Shown piece by piece: positions 49,891 to 63,100 of a DNA stretch of 64,000 bases. Positions within the stretch are counted from its first letter, which is position 1. Each line of letters begins with the position of its first letter. Under the pieces are notes generated by a model that saw only the letters and a program-made list of their open reading frames with translations, made no database searches and was not told the origin of the DNA. Location of the stretch: assembly GCA_011109175.1 (NCBI GenBank), contig RDEW01000063.1:100965-164964 (forward strand), in the 5' to 3' direction. The DNA is from Dicyema japonicum (Eukaryota > Animalia > Dicyemida). A program made the position numbers and the translations under genes.

Positions 49891-50170
49891 CATGAGTTTG
49901 TCAACATACTTGACTTTATGACTGATTCCCTGTGAAGAGACAAGATTGGAAAGACAATTTACACGACACCAGATTGAGAAGTTATCACTAGATTCTTGTG
50001 TTCCGAACTACTCATGGACCATAATATCTACGTTTTTAATGATTTCTCTGTTGGATACTTCGTAATTGGTCCATTTGAAATATTTGTGCTTAGTAGAAAC
50101 AAACATACACGTCAAAAATTTAATTTATTGTAATATTATTAATAAAATGATCACTGAATATGAATTAACT

Positions 50171-50350
50171 TTATTGCGCATTAATATAATTCTAAATTAT
50201 AAAAATAACAACATTATAATTTGTCCGGAAAATTACAACATAATTATAGAGCTCTTTCATATTGGATAGTAAACAAATATTCTCAATTTTCATAAGAATG
50301 TTAAGAGAAACTAAAATGTCCATATATTTACGTGCTATTATAAAAATAAG
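50171..50350 (-). pseudogene. Paralogous C-terminal fragment of the 32.7-kb orphan gene
   Basis: MDILVSLNILMKIENICLLSNMKELYNY versus MDMFVSHNIIMKIETVCLLSNMKEIHDY. Identical 21-nt intron at 50192-50212 and a matching NYINxx-stop last exon. Confidence 0.65.
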
Positions 50351-52329
50351 GATTAACAGGATTAACACGATTTCGCTCAGAGGATTCTTTCTGTAGTGTT
50401 AAGTGGATACACTTATGAAGTTAGGTTGGTTTTGTTGTCTATCTTAGTTTTCCAGAAGTCATTAAACCATTAAATAGGTTTAAAAATGGGACTTAGAAAA
50501 AAATAAGATACATTTTATATGGACGTCATTAATATAAATAACATTTTGATGCTGTCCACTTATATGCCGACTGCATGATGTGACGTGACACAAAATATTA
50601 CAAAATTTAATAATTCTCTAATAACTATCCAATAATTCATTAATCTGCGAAACCATCATTTTGGGTTATCACAACTTCAGCATTGACCACAACATTATCA
50701 TACAACTACGAGCGACAACCGTATCCAACGAGGCGGGCTACAATGGACGACCTTCCCAGTTGGACTTGATGACATTATTTTCGGTGCGGGATCAGTTGGA
50801 AACTTTCTTCCTTTCCATTAACCCAGTGATCTAATGATTCAACAACATCACCGACAATGTCTGATCCATGTCCCTCAATCTACGCGTCCACATCATTTTG
50901 GGTTGTCTTGGAGTCAATCTTCAAGCAATTACTTCGATTTATCCCCAACACTCCTTAAGTGAGCTGTTGCTTCAGTAGTGTCCTTCTATCAAATCTGGTC
51001 TTCAAAAAATTTCTGATAGCTTTCAAATCCGAAACAAAAAACAGCTGGATGGTATTCGAAAATATTGGTAGTCATGACAGCTACAACTTTTTCATCCACG
51101 TGATAAAGGAAGTTTACTCATCATTCGTCATCTACTCCCATTCATGGATGATTCGAATTCCATCACATGTTTACGGTCGAAATAGTAATCATCTCAATCA
51201 ATTGATTTCAGTGTGCACATGTCGAACTGAGCCAAATTCATTAAAACGAGTTTTTAAACAAAACTTCAGAATCTCTTTTTCTCATGGTTTAGAATTCTGC
51301 TACAATCTGACTAAATTTTACACTGGATTCACTTTAGAACCAAAAAGTATAGATTTACCGAGATCCCCAAGTCATTCGATTTCTTTACATTTGAGGCTCG
51401 TTTTTTTGCCTGCTTGTAGTTTGGAAATTCAAATCTGAAGAATTTTGCGATCTCCTCCTACAAGAGATTATAGTGATGACATTTATAGTTTTAATCTCGT
51501 CAGAAGGAAGCGCATTTTTCTCTGATGAATATCTCAAAGACTAAGTAAAACTGCAGGTAGTCTTCATGTTTCTATCATAATCTAATCTATACGGATTTTA
51601 TCCACCATATCCCTTGTTGTTATGGCAAAGTGGTATCCTGAAATTTTCGTTCTTCTCCCATAGGATTAAGTTTGCAGGGTTATCGATATTTCAATTCTGT
51701 TCAAGGATATTGTAAGTATGTTAGCATTCCATTAACTTTATTAGTAAAATTTCTGAATTATTAGAAATTTCTAATACAAGCAGCGTTCATCTCAAAACCT
51801 ATGTGAGTATCATAGTTTCCACACACAGTTTCTACGTGGAGTTCAAATAAATCATTGCATTTGTTCCATTGTTGCTCATTGATTTTTTACTTTATGAAAT
51901 TATTTTTATCTCTTCTTTTTTCGGGCATCTGAAATTTCTATAAGTTTGCCAAAATTTTGAGATATCGCTCCTCAATGTTTTGGAATCCAAGTCGGATCTT
52001 CACATTCTGTAACTTACTAACTAGCATTTACTTTCCTGTATATTTTTATACTCACCTACCCGAATTTTGAAATTTTGTTAAAATAAAATCCAAGGATGTG
52101 AATAATTTGTACACACTTTCTTAATTGTTTCAAAATATTGACTTCATCCACGTTATCTCTATAATTGTGTAACTGTTATGTTCGATTATGAGCTTATCAA
52201 ATATTTCATCCCCTATGACAACACTCTCAAGAGTTTTCTTCAATATGGCTTATTCAATCAAAGTTCTCATTATTTTTTAATTTGTCTATTCGATCTCTGA
52301 AAATCCGATTACGTGAACTGGGTAAAATT

Positions 52330-52708
52330 CTTCAGTCTCCACCTGATAAAACCAAGTTAAAGATAATACATGACCACATCTCCACCAAAGCCAATCCAAG
52401 ATTGTTTTGGAACGATCTGTTGGATGGCTCTCCCCCATTGATAAATGACTCGGAGGATACCCTTACAGAGAAACAAGGAGGACCCTTACACAACTACGTT
52501 CTTGACACTTTCTACTCAGAGCCGAGTTGGGTTCTTGGTTTCCACGTCCGGAGAAATTATAATTAATTCACAAGAAGCTTTCCCCTTAAAGGGACCTCAG
52601 GTGAACATCAAAGACCTATAGAAGCGTTCAACACTAGCTTCTGAACTCCTGAGTTTGACTGGCCTGCTACAAGGGAGGGAGGTCAGAGTTAATAATACTA
52701 ATTAACAT
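52330..52708 (+). mobile_element. I/Jockey-like LINE, 3' fragment
   Basis: ETRRTLTQLRS motif. Homologous to 19850-20215 and to the 3' end of 25177-25441. Confidence 0.55.
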
Positions 52709-52775
52709 GAAATCTTTTATTAAACAAAACCCGGCATGCGGGAAGGTGGCCCTGCAAATACAGTCAGCCGCCCAG

Positions 52776-55700
52776 TATAATTAAAGATATTTAATAAAAA
52801 AGGTAATGAAATATTTTTATCATAGAAATATAAATTATAATTAACTCGAACTATTAAAATACAAATTTAAATAAAATAAAATTTGACCTAATAAAATTTA
52901 GATTACATGAACAGAACTATTCATTATATCATAATTATACTGTTTAGCAAAATACTCAAAATAAAATGTGATGAGAGATATATATTAATTGATTTATATG
53001 TCATTTATAAGAATCCTTCTAGAGTAAATATTTCATTTACTTTAGGAATTTAGATTATCAAATTTACAATCCAATGAACATATAGATGTATGGGAAACTA
53101 ATGGTACCGATTTGTTATCTTTCTCAAACATAAAATTTAAACTTATTCCATACTTCTACAATGATTTTTATACTATTGACTTAATTATAGAAGTTGTTTA
53201 TGGTACGTTTTTTTGATGTACTTAAGATGGTAAACGTTATACTGAAATCACAAAGATACCACAAACTAATTATGGGGATTACTACCGATGTGGTTATCAT
53301 ATTATTTTTTCAAATAATTTATTCGTTAAAATTTATTCAAACAAGTTGCAATATCACGATAATGGTTTGTATATTTACTGGAAAAGGTTTTAATTAAGAT
53401 TTATTTAGCTAACGACTGTAACCCAAAAAATGACCCAAATACGCCGATTTGGTTTTTATATCACAAAAACAATCCGATCACTAATAAGTGGAATTATCCA
53501 AATATCATATATTGACAATAACAAAATTGTACACGTTTGCATTAATTCTTAGATAACAGATGAGCATTTCAGAGATAATGATTATAATATGATAACAAGT
53601 AAAGCTATTGACTATAAATATATTGACTATGAATATATATTGAAAAGTAATCATACTACTATTACTATTGCGGCATTTAAACAATCTGAGAATAAATATC
53701 GTATTTATAGATTTTCTGTTTGTGTTGGGATTAAAAAAAATAAATGCGTTTCACTGGAAAAGAATTTTAAAATAATTAAATTGGGAAGATATTATCAATA
53801 TGGATTCATCTCACAAAGCTATAAAAATGTGACTATCGAAATTTCATCTCTTAAAATACAATTTTTCCGCATGATTTGAGTTTTCAATTTATTGGAGACG
53901 GTTACTGAATTTGGTTGAATTTTAGATGAAGGATGCTTTGAAGGACAAATATCGATGGAAATAAAGGCCGTAAAAAAACTAACGAAAAATCAAATAATTG
54001 GAATCGTGTGTGGAGTTGTTGGACTAGTATCCATATGTGTTATTGTCGCTATTTATATCAAACCGAAATCACATATTGATATTCAGGAAAGCATTCCATT
54101 AAGCTTTGTAACTAACTAATATTAATTAGTTAAACGGTCTTCAATTTATTTGAATTTATATAATTATTTGAAATACAGTCGATATTCTAAAATCTCACAA
54201 AATTTTTAATTTTGTCAATGATAACGAAAGAATAGACAAAAATCACTGATGTTTTCGAAATTATGACTAAGATGCTCCTAAAATATCCACGATTAAGTGG
54301 ATTCGGAGTCACTTTTGATAATGTGCAGCAGTTCATTTAATTGGAATATTCCAAAACAGAAATCTACAATCGTGGACTTTCTGAAGAAAGTATTCACATT
54401 TGTGTCATCTATCGAGAATTTACTGCCGAAAGTATTTCCACCCATAAATTAACAACTTTGTAATTGTTGGAATTACTTATTTATCTTTGAAGTGCCTCTC
54501 TTTTTTTGAATGGCGTTTCATCGGTTGAAGCATTCGTTGTTGCGTTGTAAAAAAGTTATCTTACTTAAAAATTGTTTTCAATTCTTAGTAGCATTTTCTG
54601 TCATCAATTTAGATAGATTTTTCGTCAGAGTTTTATTAAATCTTTCTATAATTCTTTTTCAAGATGGAAGCTCTTTAGACACATACGCCGCCACAATATG
54701 GGGATTCTGCCAACATAGCAATGGAAGAGTATTTTGTCTTAGAAGCTTCTCATTTCCGCGACCGGTCGAGGACAACATTGCCGGTTATTCTAGATGAACA
54801 TCTAGGAAGATTGGAAAGTGCCTTAAAGATGGGGACAATCTAGATATGCTACGGAACATGGCAACGGAATGAAAAAGATGGGCGACGTTAATTAGATTGT
54901 TAACTTTTCGTGTTGCACATGCTTTGTCATGATCTTGGCAACGCGTACGTGCCTATAATAATATAATTCCTACGCAAAAACAATATAAAAATTGGCAAAA
55001 TCCGACTTGATAGCAGATTTCGGAAAATGCATGTAAATTTTATTTTTATAACTCTAACTATTTACTGCAGATTTATTTGTCATTTCTATATAAATCGCAT
55101 ATTCAATGTAAATATCAACTACAGTTAAAATCCAATTTTAATCTTTCTTTGAAGTACTCAAATTTATGACATCGATCAAGTCCTTTTGAAATTGTTGATC
55201 TGATGAAAAAGAAATGGAAAACCTGTATAATAAACAATCATTAAAACGGCTTAATTAACATTTGATTAACCTGTTGGATGAGGAATCGTTATAAGATTTT
55301 CATTACATTACTTATTAGCCCACAAGATCAAGTATATAAATTGTAATAAAATAAAAACATTATTTAAATTTTTTAAGAATTAAAAAAACTTAAAAGTAAA
55401 ATTAATTAAAACATTCTGTGATCTATGGTGACCCATATTCAAACAAATCGTGGGGACGAATTCGCACTCCCAACCTCTTAAAAAAAGACTTTACTTGATT
55501 TTTTTTTTTAAATTTTAAGATGAAATGACAACAATCACGAGATCATCTTAGTTGTTTATAACAATCTGGGAATAATATAAAGTGATCTATTCTGTAAAAT
55601 TATACAAAAGGATCTCGTTAATAATTAGTTGTTGTGATGAAAAGCTTTTTTTTACAAATAAAGTGAACACTACTTACCTGAGAATGAACCGGATAGACAA

Positions 55701-55890
55701 AACAATAAGAACGCATCTGATGTGGTCCGACAACTCTTCGTAGTACAAGAATGGGTACAAGACTGCCCATTCTAATTTCTCAACCGGAAAGTTGGGTAAA
55801 TATCATATCTCTGCTGGTGATTATCGACCAGGTGAATAGAGAGGACAAAGTTGAGTGGGTATCGGAAGTTTCCCTACTATTTCATTCTAT
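52776..55890 (+). repeat. Inverted copy of the 13665-16741 cassette; left arm of an inverted repeat with 62268-64000+
   Basis: Reverse-complement alignment. 54125-55890 pairs with 62268-64000 inside the window. Confidence 0.9.
52907..54119 (+). CDS. Type I membrane protein family, copy B (about 358 aa if two frameshifts are corrected)
   Basis: GT-AG introns 53024-53045 (22 nt), 53203-53226 (24), 53365-53408 (44), 53529-53552 (24), 53901-53925 (25). Leader MNRTIHYIIIILFSKILKIKC, TM IIGIVCGVVGLVSICVIVAIYI, short tail to TAA. Frameshifts near 53460 and 53870. Confidence 0.7.
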
Positions 55891-56542
55891 AATGAGGTCA
55901 GAAATCCAATTGAGACACAAAGACCCTCACAAGCGGATATGATTTTCAAATTGCCTGTTATGGCCATCCTTCGCCGGAATGGCCAGTCTCTCTTAGCATT
56001 TTGAACATGAATTGTTTGTAATGTCCTCTGTTTCCGAATAATTACCTCCAATAAATTGATAAAAATTAAAAATTTCCTTTTTGATTATCCGTTTGAAGAC
56101 TTCAACACATGGGAGATCTTGGGTTTTTTCGGAACTAAGATCTTGGATAGTAAATATAAAAGGAAGTGAACTCTAGATTCTTATCTGACAGATTTTTTGA
56201 CGGCGTTTAGAGTGCTTGCTTCCAAAATTATCAAGTTTGTCGAGACTTTCGGTCGGCTTGAACGAACACGAAAGAATGAATTCAGACTCTTCAAATCATC
56301 AATTTCGCGGGGGTAATTCTAATTAAGCTTTGATGTCTAATCTCCTAGTAACATCTCGTTTAATTATCATAACTCAACAATTTCGCTTAGTCTCTCATAA
56401 ATCATACAAAATAGGGTGTGTATCATCCATTCAAATTCAATAATATGCTATAACCAAAAATTGAATCATTCAGAGACACTTGTGAATTTCCAATAGAATG
56501 AAACAATTTATTAAACAAAACAGTTAACATAGATAACAAACA

Positions 56543-56958
56543 CTAATTATAACGCCCGTTTTGCTGCTTTTTACAATTTTCCATGTATTTTTCATAGTTA
56601 ATCCATCGAGGAGTAGGGTTCTTATTGATTTTCTTATCCTTATCAAGTTCGTGATGGATGAATTTACAAATTGCTCCATATGCACTGTAAAACTTTTTGT
56701 GGTAGTTCCTGCAAAGATTTATCTTGTATCCTGCTTTACGTGCTTTGTTCATTAACTCATTTTCCTGATGAGAAAAGTAGCAGTTTTCCCCATGTATACA
56801 CGTTCCAGTATCTAAAAAGTTCTTGCAAACCTTTTTCTGTCCTTCCTAAATATCGCGAACAAAGCTTTAAATATCGTCAACTTTACGTGTTTTATGAAAT
56901 CTTTCAAAATAATTATGAAATGCTGAGTTGATCTTTTAAAATAAGTGAGACGTGTCAT
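56543..56958 (-). pseudogene. TIS11/ZFP36-like tandem CCCH zinc-finger gene, copy 2
   Basis: Same two fingers and 18-aa linker as copy 1. Candidate ATG at 56958 and candidate 22-nt intron gtaaagttgacgatatttaaag. About 60 nt missing upstream of finger 1 relative to copy 1, which shifts the frame. Confidence 0.75.
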
Positions 56959-56960
56959 AT

Positions 56961-57320
56961 TCATCCAAGACTATATTTGAAATATATGAAGGCCTTACTT
57001 CTCAATAGGTAGTCCAACATCTTCCTCCCATTGATTTTCAAATCGACATTAGTAACAATCTTCAGCACCCTTATGGGGATCATCCAGTCGTTTTCGGAGA
57101 CCAAAAATCTCTCCTCGACTATTCGAAAAGTGCGACAATCTACCGAAAGGTGGGTCCAATGGCTGCCATGATAGACGATTAAAAGGTCATAGTCAGGCAT
57201 TACTCTAAGGTGATAATCTATCGACTCTCTCTGGAGATAGTTTGCATTATATCTCTCCCAAACTAACAAAAAGTAATCAAATTCATCGAATGGTCCCAGA
57301 GGGTGAACGTAGGGAGGCAA
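56961..57320 (-). CDS. Uncharacterised open frame (~120-130 codons), possibly an exon
   Basis: Long open frame with protein-like composition, no upstream ATG in frame. Absent from the other duplicate. Confidence 0.4.
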   Translation of the reverse strand: MPPYVHPLGPFDEFDYFLLVWERYNANYLQRESIDYHLRVMPDYDLLIVYHGSHWTHLSVDCRTFRIVEERFLVSENDWMIPIRVLKIVTNVDLKINGRKMLDYLLRSKAFIYFKYSLG

Positions 57321-57594
57321 TTTTATACTTTTCAGATGAAATATATTTTAGTTATTGTGGAGAGTGAAAAATAATTCGCACGTGCACTGATAGATTTCCG
57401 ATTGCAGGATTTATATTCTGGTTGGATTATGAATACAATAGATGTGCCAAAGTGTGTTACAAAAACATGACCCTCCCTCACGATAAAATCCCTTTTTTCT
57501 ATTTGAATTTTACTAGTTTCTTCATTATTATTATTATTAGCACTTTCAAAGACAAAAAAATGTAATTTATTTAATTAAGGTTCCGCATTTGCCG

Positions 57595-60160
57595 TATTTA
57601 TCTTCAGGTTATTCTTTCTCCCACAATTCTCTTAACTAACTTCCTCCATGCTCCACGGTTACTGGCAATTATTCTGAAAGTATCCAGATCATCTTCTGTT
57701 TTCAGCTTTCGTCCTACATTGGTCACGTCTTTGTGTAGAACCTCTGGCAAAGTTATGCGAAATCTTCCACGGAACGAGTTATTCACTTCTTGGCAGAAAT
57801 AGTTCCCCATTGCAGAATATTTTAGCAGGCGTCATCTGGCTCATTCGAAGGATGTGACCAAACAGACGCCATCTTGATTCAATGACATCCTGACTCAATG
57901 GTCTTGTATAACATACTTTGCATAGATTATTGATTGTAATTTTTTTGGCCAGTTGATGCCAAGCAACAGTCGAAGTTGTTTACGATGGAAGGCATCAAGT
58001 TGTTCCATTACCGTTTTGAGACACCCCAGGTTGCAGAGTTGTACATTAGGACTGGTTTCACAAAGGCATTGTATAGTCTTACTCGTAATTGTGTGCTAAT
58101 TTGTTTACGATGATTCCACACTACTCCCATTTTCTAAAGGCCGCTAAGGCTAACATCTTCCTGTTAGTGATATTCTCAGCGTCTCAGAGCAAGACTCCAA
58201 TTTTTTGCAGTAACTTCATTTTTCATCATTTTGGGTTAATTGGTAGTTGTCTCCGTCTTTTCCGTATTGATTTTGATGAACCATTTTTCTCGGACATCGG
58301 GCATCTTTGTCCGTATATAGTTTAATGTTTTTTCGTCGCTGGATATATAGTCGATATCATCTGCATAAATCACTTCAATTTGAGGTAAATCGCCAATTTA
58401 TAGTCTGAAGTCTCTGAGTGCCGCCTCCAGATATGTCACAAAAATTACCGGTGACAAGGAATATCTCTGCGGTACCCCGAACGTAGTCTCGAATGGGACA
58501 GACTCCAAATTTCCAAAACGTAGACTTAGCTGCGCTGTTCCAAATAATAGACGGATCATTCTGACACTTTCCTCGACAACTCACTTCTCCAAGATATCCA
58601 AAAGTCTCCCTCTGTGAATAAAATCAAATGCTTTGGACATTTCCAAGCCAAGAATGTCAGAGCCCACTTGTACTTTTGATGTTTTGCACAAAGCCATCGA
58701 TGTCCTCAGACCACATCAGCTGTAGATTTCCCTGACCTGAATCCGCCTTGACAGTGAGAGAGAAAGTTCGATGTCAGTTCCAATCCAGTTCAGCACTATA
58801 AGTGATAGTGTCTTGCGTAGAGTTGTCAATAGTACGATGGGTCTTAAATTCGTTAAGGGGCCTTTAGCTTTGCCCAGTTTTTGTGATGCAATTAGTGTGC
58901 CATTACCCACATACAGTGGTGAGTTGTATTTGAATGTTTTGTTTATTTTCCTTTATTTCCCTCGTTCTTTTCTCTATTTTATACAGGGTTGCGCATGACT
59001 CTTAGAGTGTGTTCCTTTGCCTGGTCCTGACATGTTTCTACCGGTAAACGTAGGTTCCTCTGCAATTTAGATAGTTCTTCAGGCACGTGGTCATAGTGTC
59101 CACTAAATACTTCGGTTTTAATCCAACTGCTGAATGGGCCGTGGACTTTATTTCATCGATGATGTCTCGCCACAGCTCCCCAGGCATTTTTTCTTTATTC
59201 CACTGTCTGATCTTTTCTCTCAATGTATTTTGATAGCTATCCCGAGTCGGTCCCACCATGCAGAGTTGCTCTACTGCGAACCTCCTCTCAGATATCCTCA
59301 TGCCAGCCGCTTTATAAACCCCAAAATATCGTTTGAAAAGGAAACGTGCTACAACCATTCTGTGATCACTGTCTACTAGTGTCCCATTGTAGCTCCGAGA
59401 ATCTGTTAGCAGTGCCTTGTATGCAGATATGTAATCTATTTGGTTATATATAGGCTTGATAGTTACAGATTTGTCCTTTCGGTAGCAGCTCCATGTCGTC
59501 TTATGTCTTCTGAGTGCCTGAAATCAGTATTGCATAGAAATAGTTTGAATGTATTGCAAAATTCGATAAGCGATTCTCCTGAATGGTTCCTGATCCCCTT
59601 CCATGGCTTCCCAAGAATTTTTCGTGACTCCACTCACGTTCTGCTTTTGCGTTCCAATCTCCGGCGATGTATGTCATGAACGATGTTTCCAAAGATGCAT
59701 GTAATTGCGACAGGGAGGAATGGAAGTCGTCTAGTTCGTCGCCATTGATTGATACTCTCACCGAAGTTGGTGCATATACATTAATAAAGGAGATTATGGA
59801 ATTGTTCCTTTCACTGTATTTTAATTGTAAAACACATATTCTATCCCTCACCCTCCACGTCTTGTGGATTCAATTGTTCAGTTCTTTTTGTATTGCAAAT
59901 CCCATGCCATAGTGTGGGCAATTCGAAGGGTGCAGAATCAGGCGGAAATCATTGTTGATTTCATCTAGTCCGCCTTTTACTTTCGTTTCCTGTAAGTACG
60001 CAACGGTTACCTTGTACGATCCAAAATCCACGCATGAATTTCTTCTTTTAGATTTGACTTTAATCCTCTTACATTGAACGAGCTAATGGTGAAAGATCAC
60101 GAAGAAAAGCACGAAAAAGACATGTGTGCAATAGAGCCACGTCACCAGCTCAACCAAAAA
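57595..60160 (-). mobile_element. RTE-clade LINE, duplicate of 8235-10050, retaining APE but lacking part of the linker
   Basis: DRICVLQL, FINVYAPT, YIAGDWNAK, NLRPIVLL, IYADD, RWRLFGHILR. Confidence 0.92.
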
Positions 60161-63100
60161 TTTCTTCATTAAAAACTTTCAAAAATAACTGATAAGACAA
60201 GAAAGTCGTCATACAAAGTTTAAATTTAAATTATTTTTAAATTAATTTAAATTTTATTTATTTAAATTTAAAGTAAGTCTATTCTTAGGTAATGTTACCG
60301 TCCGTCATGTGGTTCGCCTTGTCAGGTGGCGTCAGATATAAGCCAAAAGTGTATCCAAAATGAACCATTTGTAAACGACCATACAGAGGAGTTCCCCCTT
60401 TTTGGTTCATAAAATTAAATTCATTAAAATTCTATTAATCGGAACGAAAGGCAAATAAACTAGAATCTACTGTCCACGACATTCACGATAATTTAGTCTA
60501 GCGATTTGCGGACATGAGGATGACAAACTCTTTCTCCGATGGTTAAAATCTGGTTGTTTTTTTATTGAATTTCAGTTATATTGATGGCGAAAGACTTGAG
60601 TTCAGAAGACTGCCACAAAATCATTTAATTTTCGACAAACAGTTCAAAAACCAAATTCTACCCTTGAAATACTCAACCCTGGTTTTGAGGTTACTCTCAG
60701 AGTAATAGTTAGTTCCTGACGGATTCATCCTACGATTGGCGGTCGGAAGATAAGGTAAGGGATTGGACTAAAGAGTTCCTTTTCCAAATTCTTCTCTTCA
60801 TGAGATTCAAAAAATAATGGACTTTTGACTGAGTTGAAGCTAAAATATTGTCAAAATTGATCTGATTGACAGGTCAATCTAAAAGGTCTCTGAATATTTC
60901 TCCTACTCTCTCGAAATGGTCTTTTTAAATGGTCTCTTTCATGCCTAACTTTGTTTTCATGTTTTAATATTTCATGACTTTATTTTGATGGAAAATTGTA
61001 AATTGGTTTACCTTCGTCTCCCTGATTCCGCTTCGAGTTATATTTGCCTGTTTGAACGAATCTTTCAACGCTCGGTCACTCACTGAGCTTCCTGAGATCT
61101 CTAGTCTCACGGTCCCCTCTTAATTGGAAGGATCCAAATATTTAATTGTGATTTCAAATTCTACTCGACTTTTCTCAATATGGTATATTTGGAAAATTAT
61201 TTTACATCCGGAGTTTTCGAGGTTGTAAATTGCACTTCTTATTGTGTCAGTAATACCCAATGGACAGATTATTTATAGGATCTAAGAAAAGAGGTGGATT
61301 GATGGTTCTGAATTGTTATAAAAATTAGATCACTTCGTCAATCATGTGGTTGGTCTCACTATTGATGTGCATGATTCTTAGTTTGTTTGATTTTTTAATG
61401 GTTTCATAATTTTTGGGTAGGGATACCCGACTATCGATTAAAATGTAGATTAATGCCTTGTTTAATGAAAATAAATTTAGATACTATTGGAGATCTGTAC
61501 ATTCAACGAAATCGACAGCAGATTCCCTAAAACCTTAAGAATACTGAAGATAATATCAGAAGAGGTCGAAGTCTTCTGCAATGTTTCCATTGCACTCTAT
61601 GTGATAAAAGTGGAAGAGGGCGAACCTACTTATCCACCTCTCTTCGGTATCGGTAGCTTATAATAGATTATTTGAGTTGCATTAGGTCGGCACAAGCTGA
61701 TGTTCTCCCTGGGGTTCTTTCCTTTATAAAAAATGAATAAAATTCAATTATTTCAAAAATCAAAGGTAAAACCAAACTAATTATTTTTTATCTTGACGCG
61801 CGCAATCTACCAGAACCTTTACCAAAGAAAGGTAGTCCAGTGGACGTTATCTCGACGTTGAGATAATTACAAAACTCTCTTCAGTGATTTTTTAAAGAGC
61901 TTCTTCAGTTTGGTAAGTTTGGCTTAATATGGGTAATCCAATTGCTTTTCTTCTCGCGGTACGATGTGAGATAAATCCTATACACCCGCTGTCAAGAATA
62001 AAAAATATCAATCATATTGTTAAATTTGTTGGTGGAGATGACATTATTGATTCCGACATTAGAACTTCTTCTTGAAGTTGGTACAGTACTTAGGTTTCAG
62101 ACAATGCGAGGGATTAACCTCACGTGACGAATTTTGAAATATATCTTACTAAATAACATCTCTGTATATGAAACTCTTTAGGTTTTGTTACGGACTTCAA
62201 CGTATGAAATTTATTATTGAAGGCTTTCGTTATTAGAAGCCCTGCACCTAGTGGTATCTTCCAAATCTAGCATGAAGTACTAGGGAAACTTCCGATACCA
62301 ACTCAACTTTGTTCTCCCTATTCACCTGGTCGATAATCACCAGCAGAGATATGATATTTACCCAACTTTCCGGTTGAGAAATTCGAATGGGCAGTCTTGT
62401 ACCCATTCTTGTACTACGAAGAGTTGTCGGACCAAATCAGATGCGTTCTTATTGTTTTATCTACCGGTTCATTCTCAGGTAGGTAGTGTTCACTTTATTT
62501 GTAAAAAAAGCTTTTCATCACAACAAGTAATTATTAACGAGATCCTCATGTATAATTTTACAGAATAGATCACTTATATTATTCCCAGATTGTTATAAAC
62601 AACTAAGATGATCTCGTGATTGTTGTCATTTCATCTTAAAATTTAAAAAAAATCAAGTAAAGTCTTTTTTAAGAGGTTGGGAGTGCGAATTCGTCCCCAC
62701 GATTTGTTTGAATATGGGTCACCATAAATCACAGAATTGTTTTAATTAATTTTATTTTAAGTTTTTTTAATTCTTAAAAAATTTAAATAATGTTTTTATT
62801 TTATTACAATTTATATATTGATCTTGTGGGCTAATAAGTAATGTAATGAAAATCTTATAACGATTCCTCAGCCAACAGGTTAATCAAATGTTAAGTAAGC
62901 TGTTTTAGTCACTGTTTAGTATACAGGTATTCTATTCCTTTTTCATCAGATCAACAATTTCAAACGGACTTGATCGATATCATAAATTTGAGTACTTCAA
63001 AGAAAGATTAAAATTGGATTTCAACTATTGTTGTTATTTACACTGAATATGCGATTTGTATAGAAATGACAAATAAATTTGCACTAAATAGATAGAGTTT

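Noticed and set aside
60273-60288. 16-nt gtaagtctattcttag as an ultra-small intron
   Set aside because: No flanking coding exons, and the duplicate at 10173-10189 differs at the acceptor.
60643-60813. 155-bp insertion with 8-bp TSD ttcaaaaa
   Set aside because: The repeat is A-rich and the duplicate at about 10545 is not a clean empty site.
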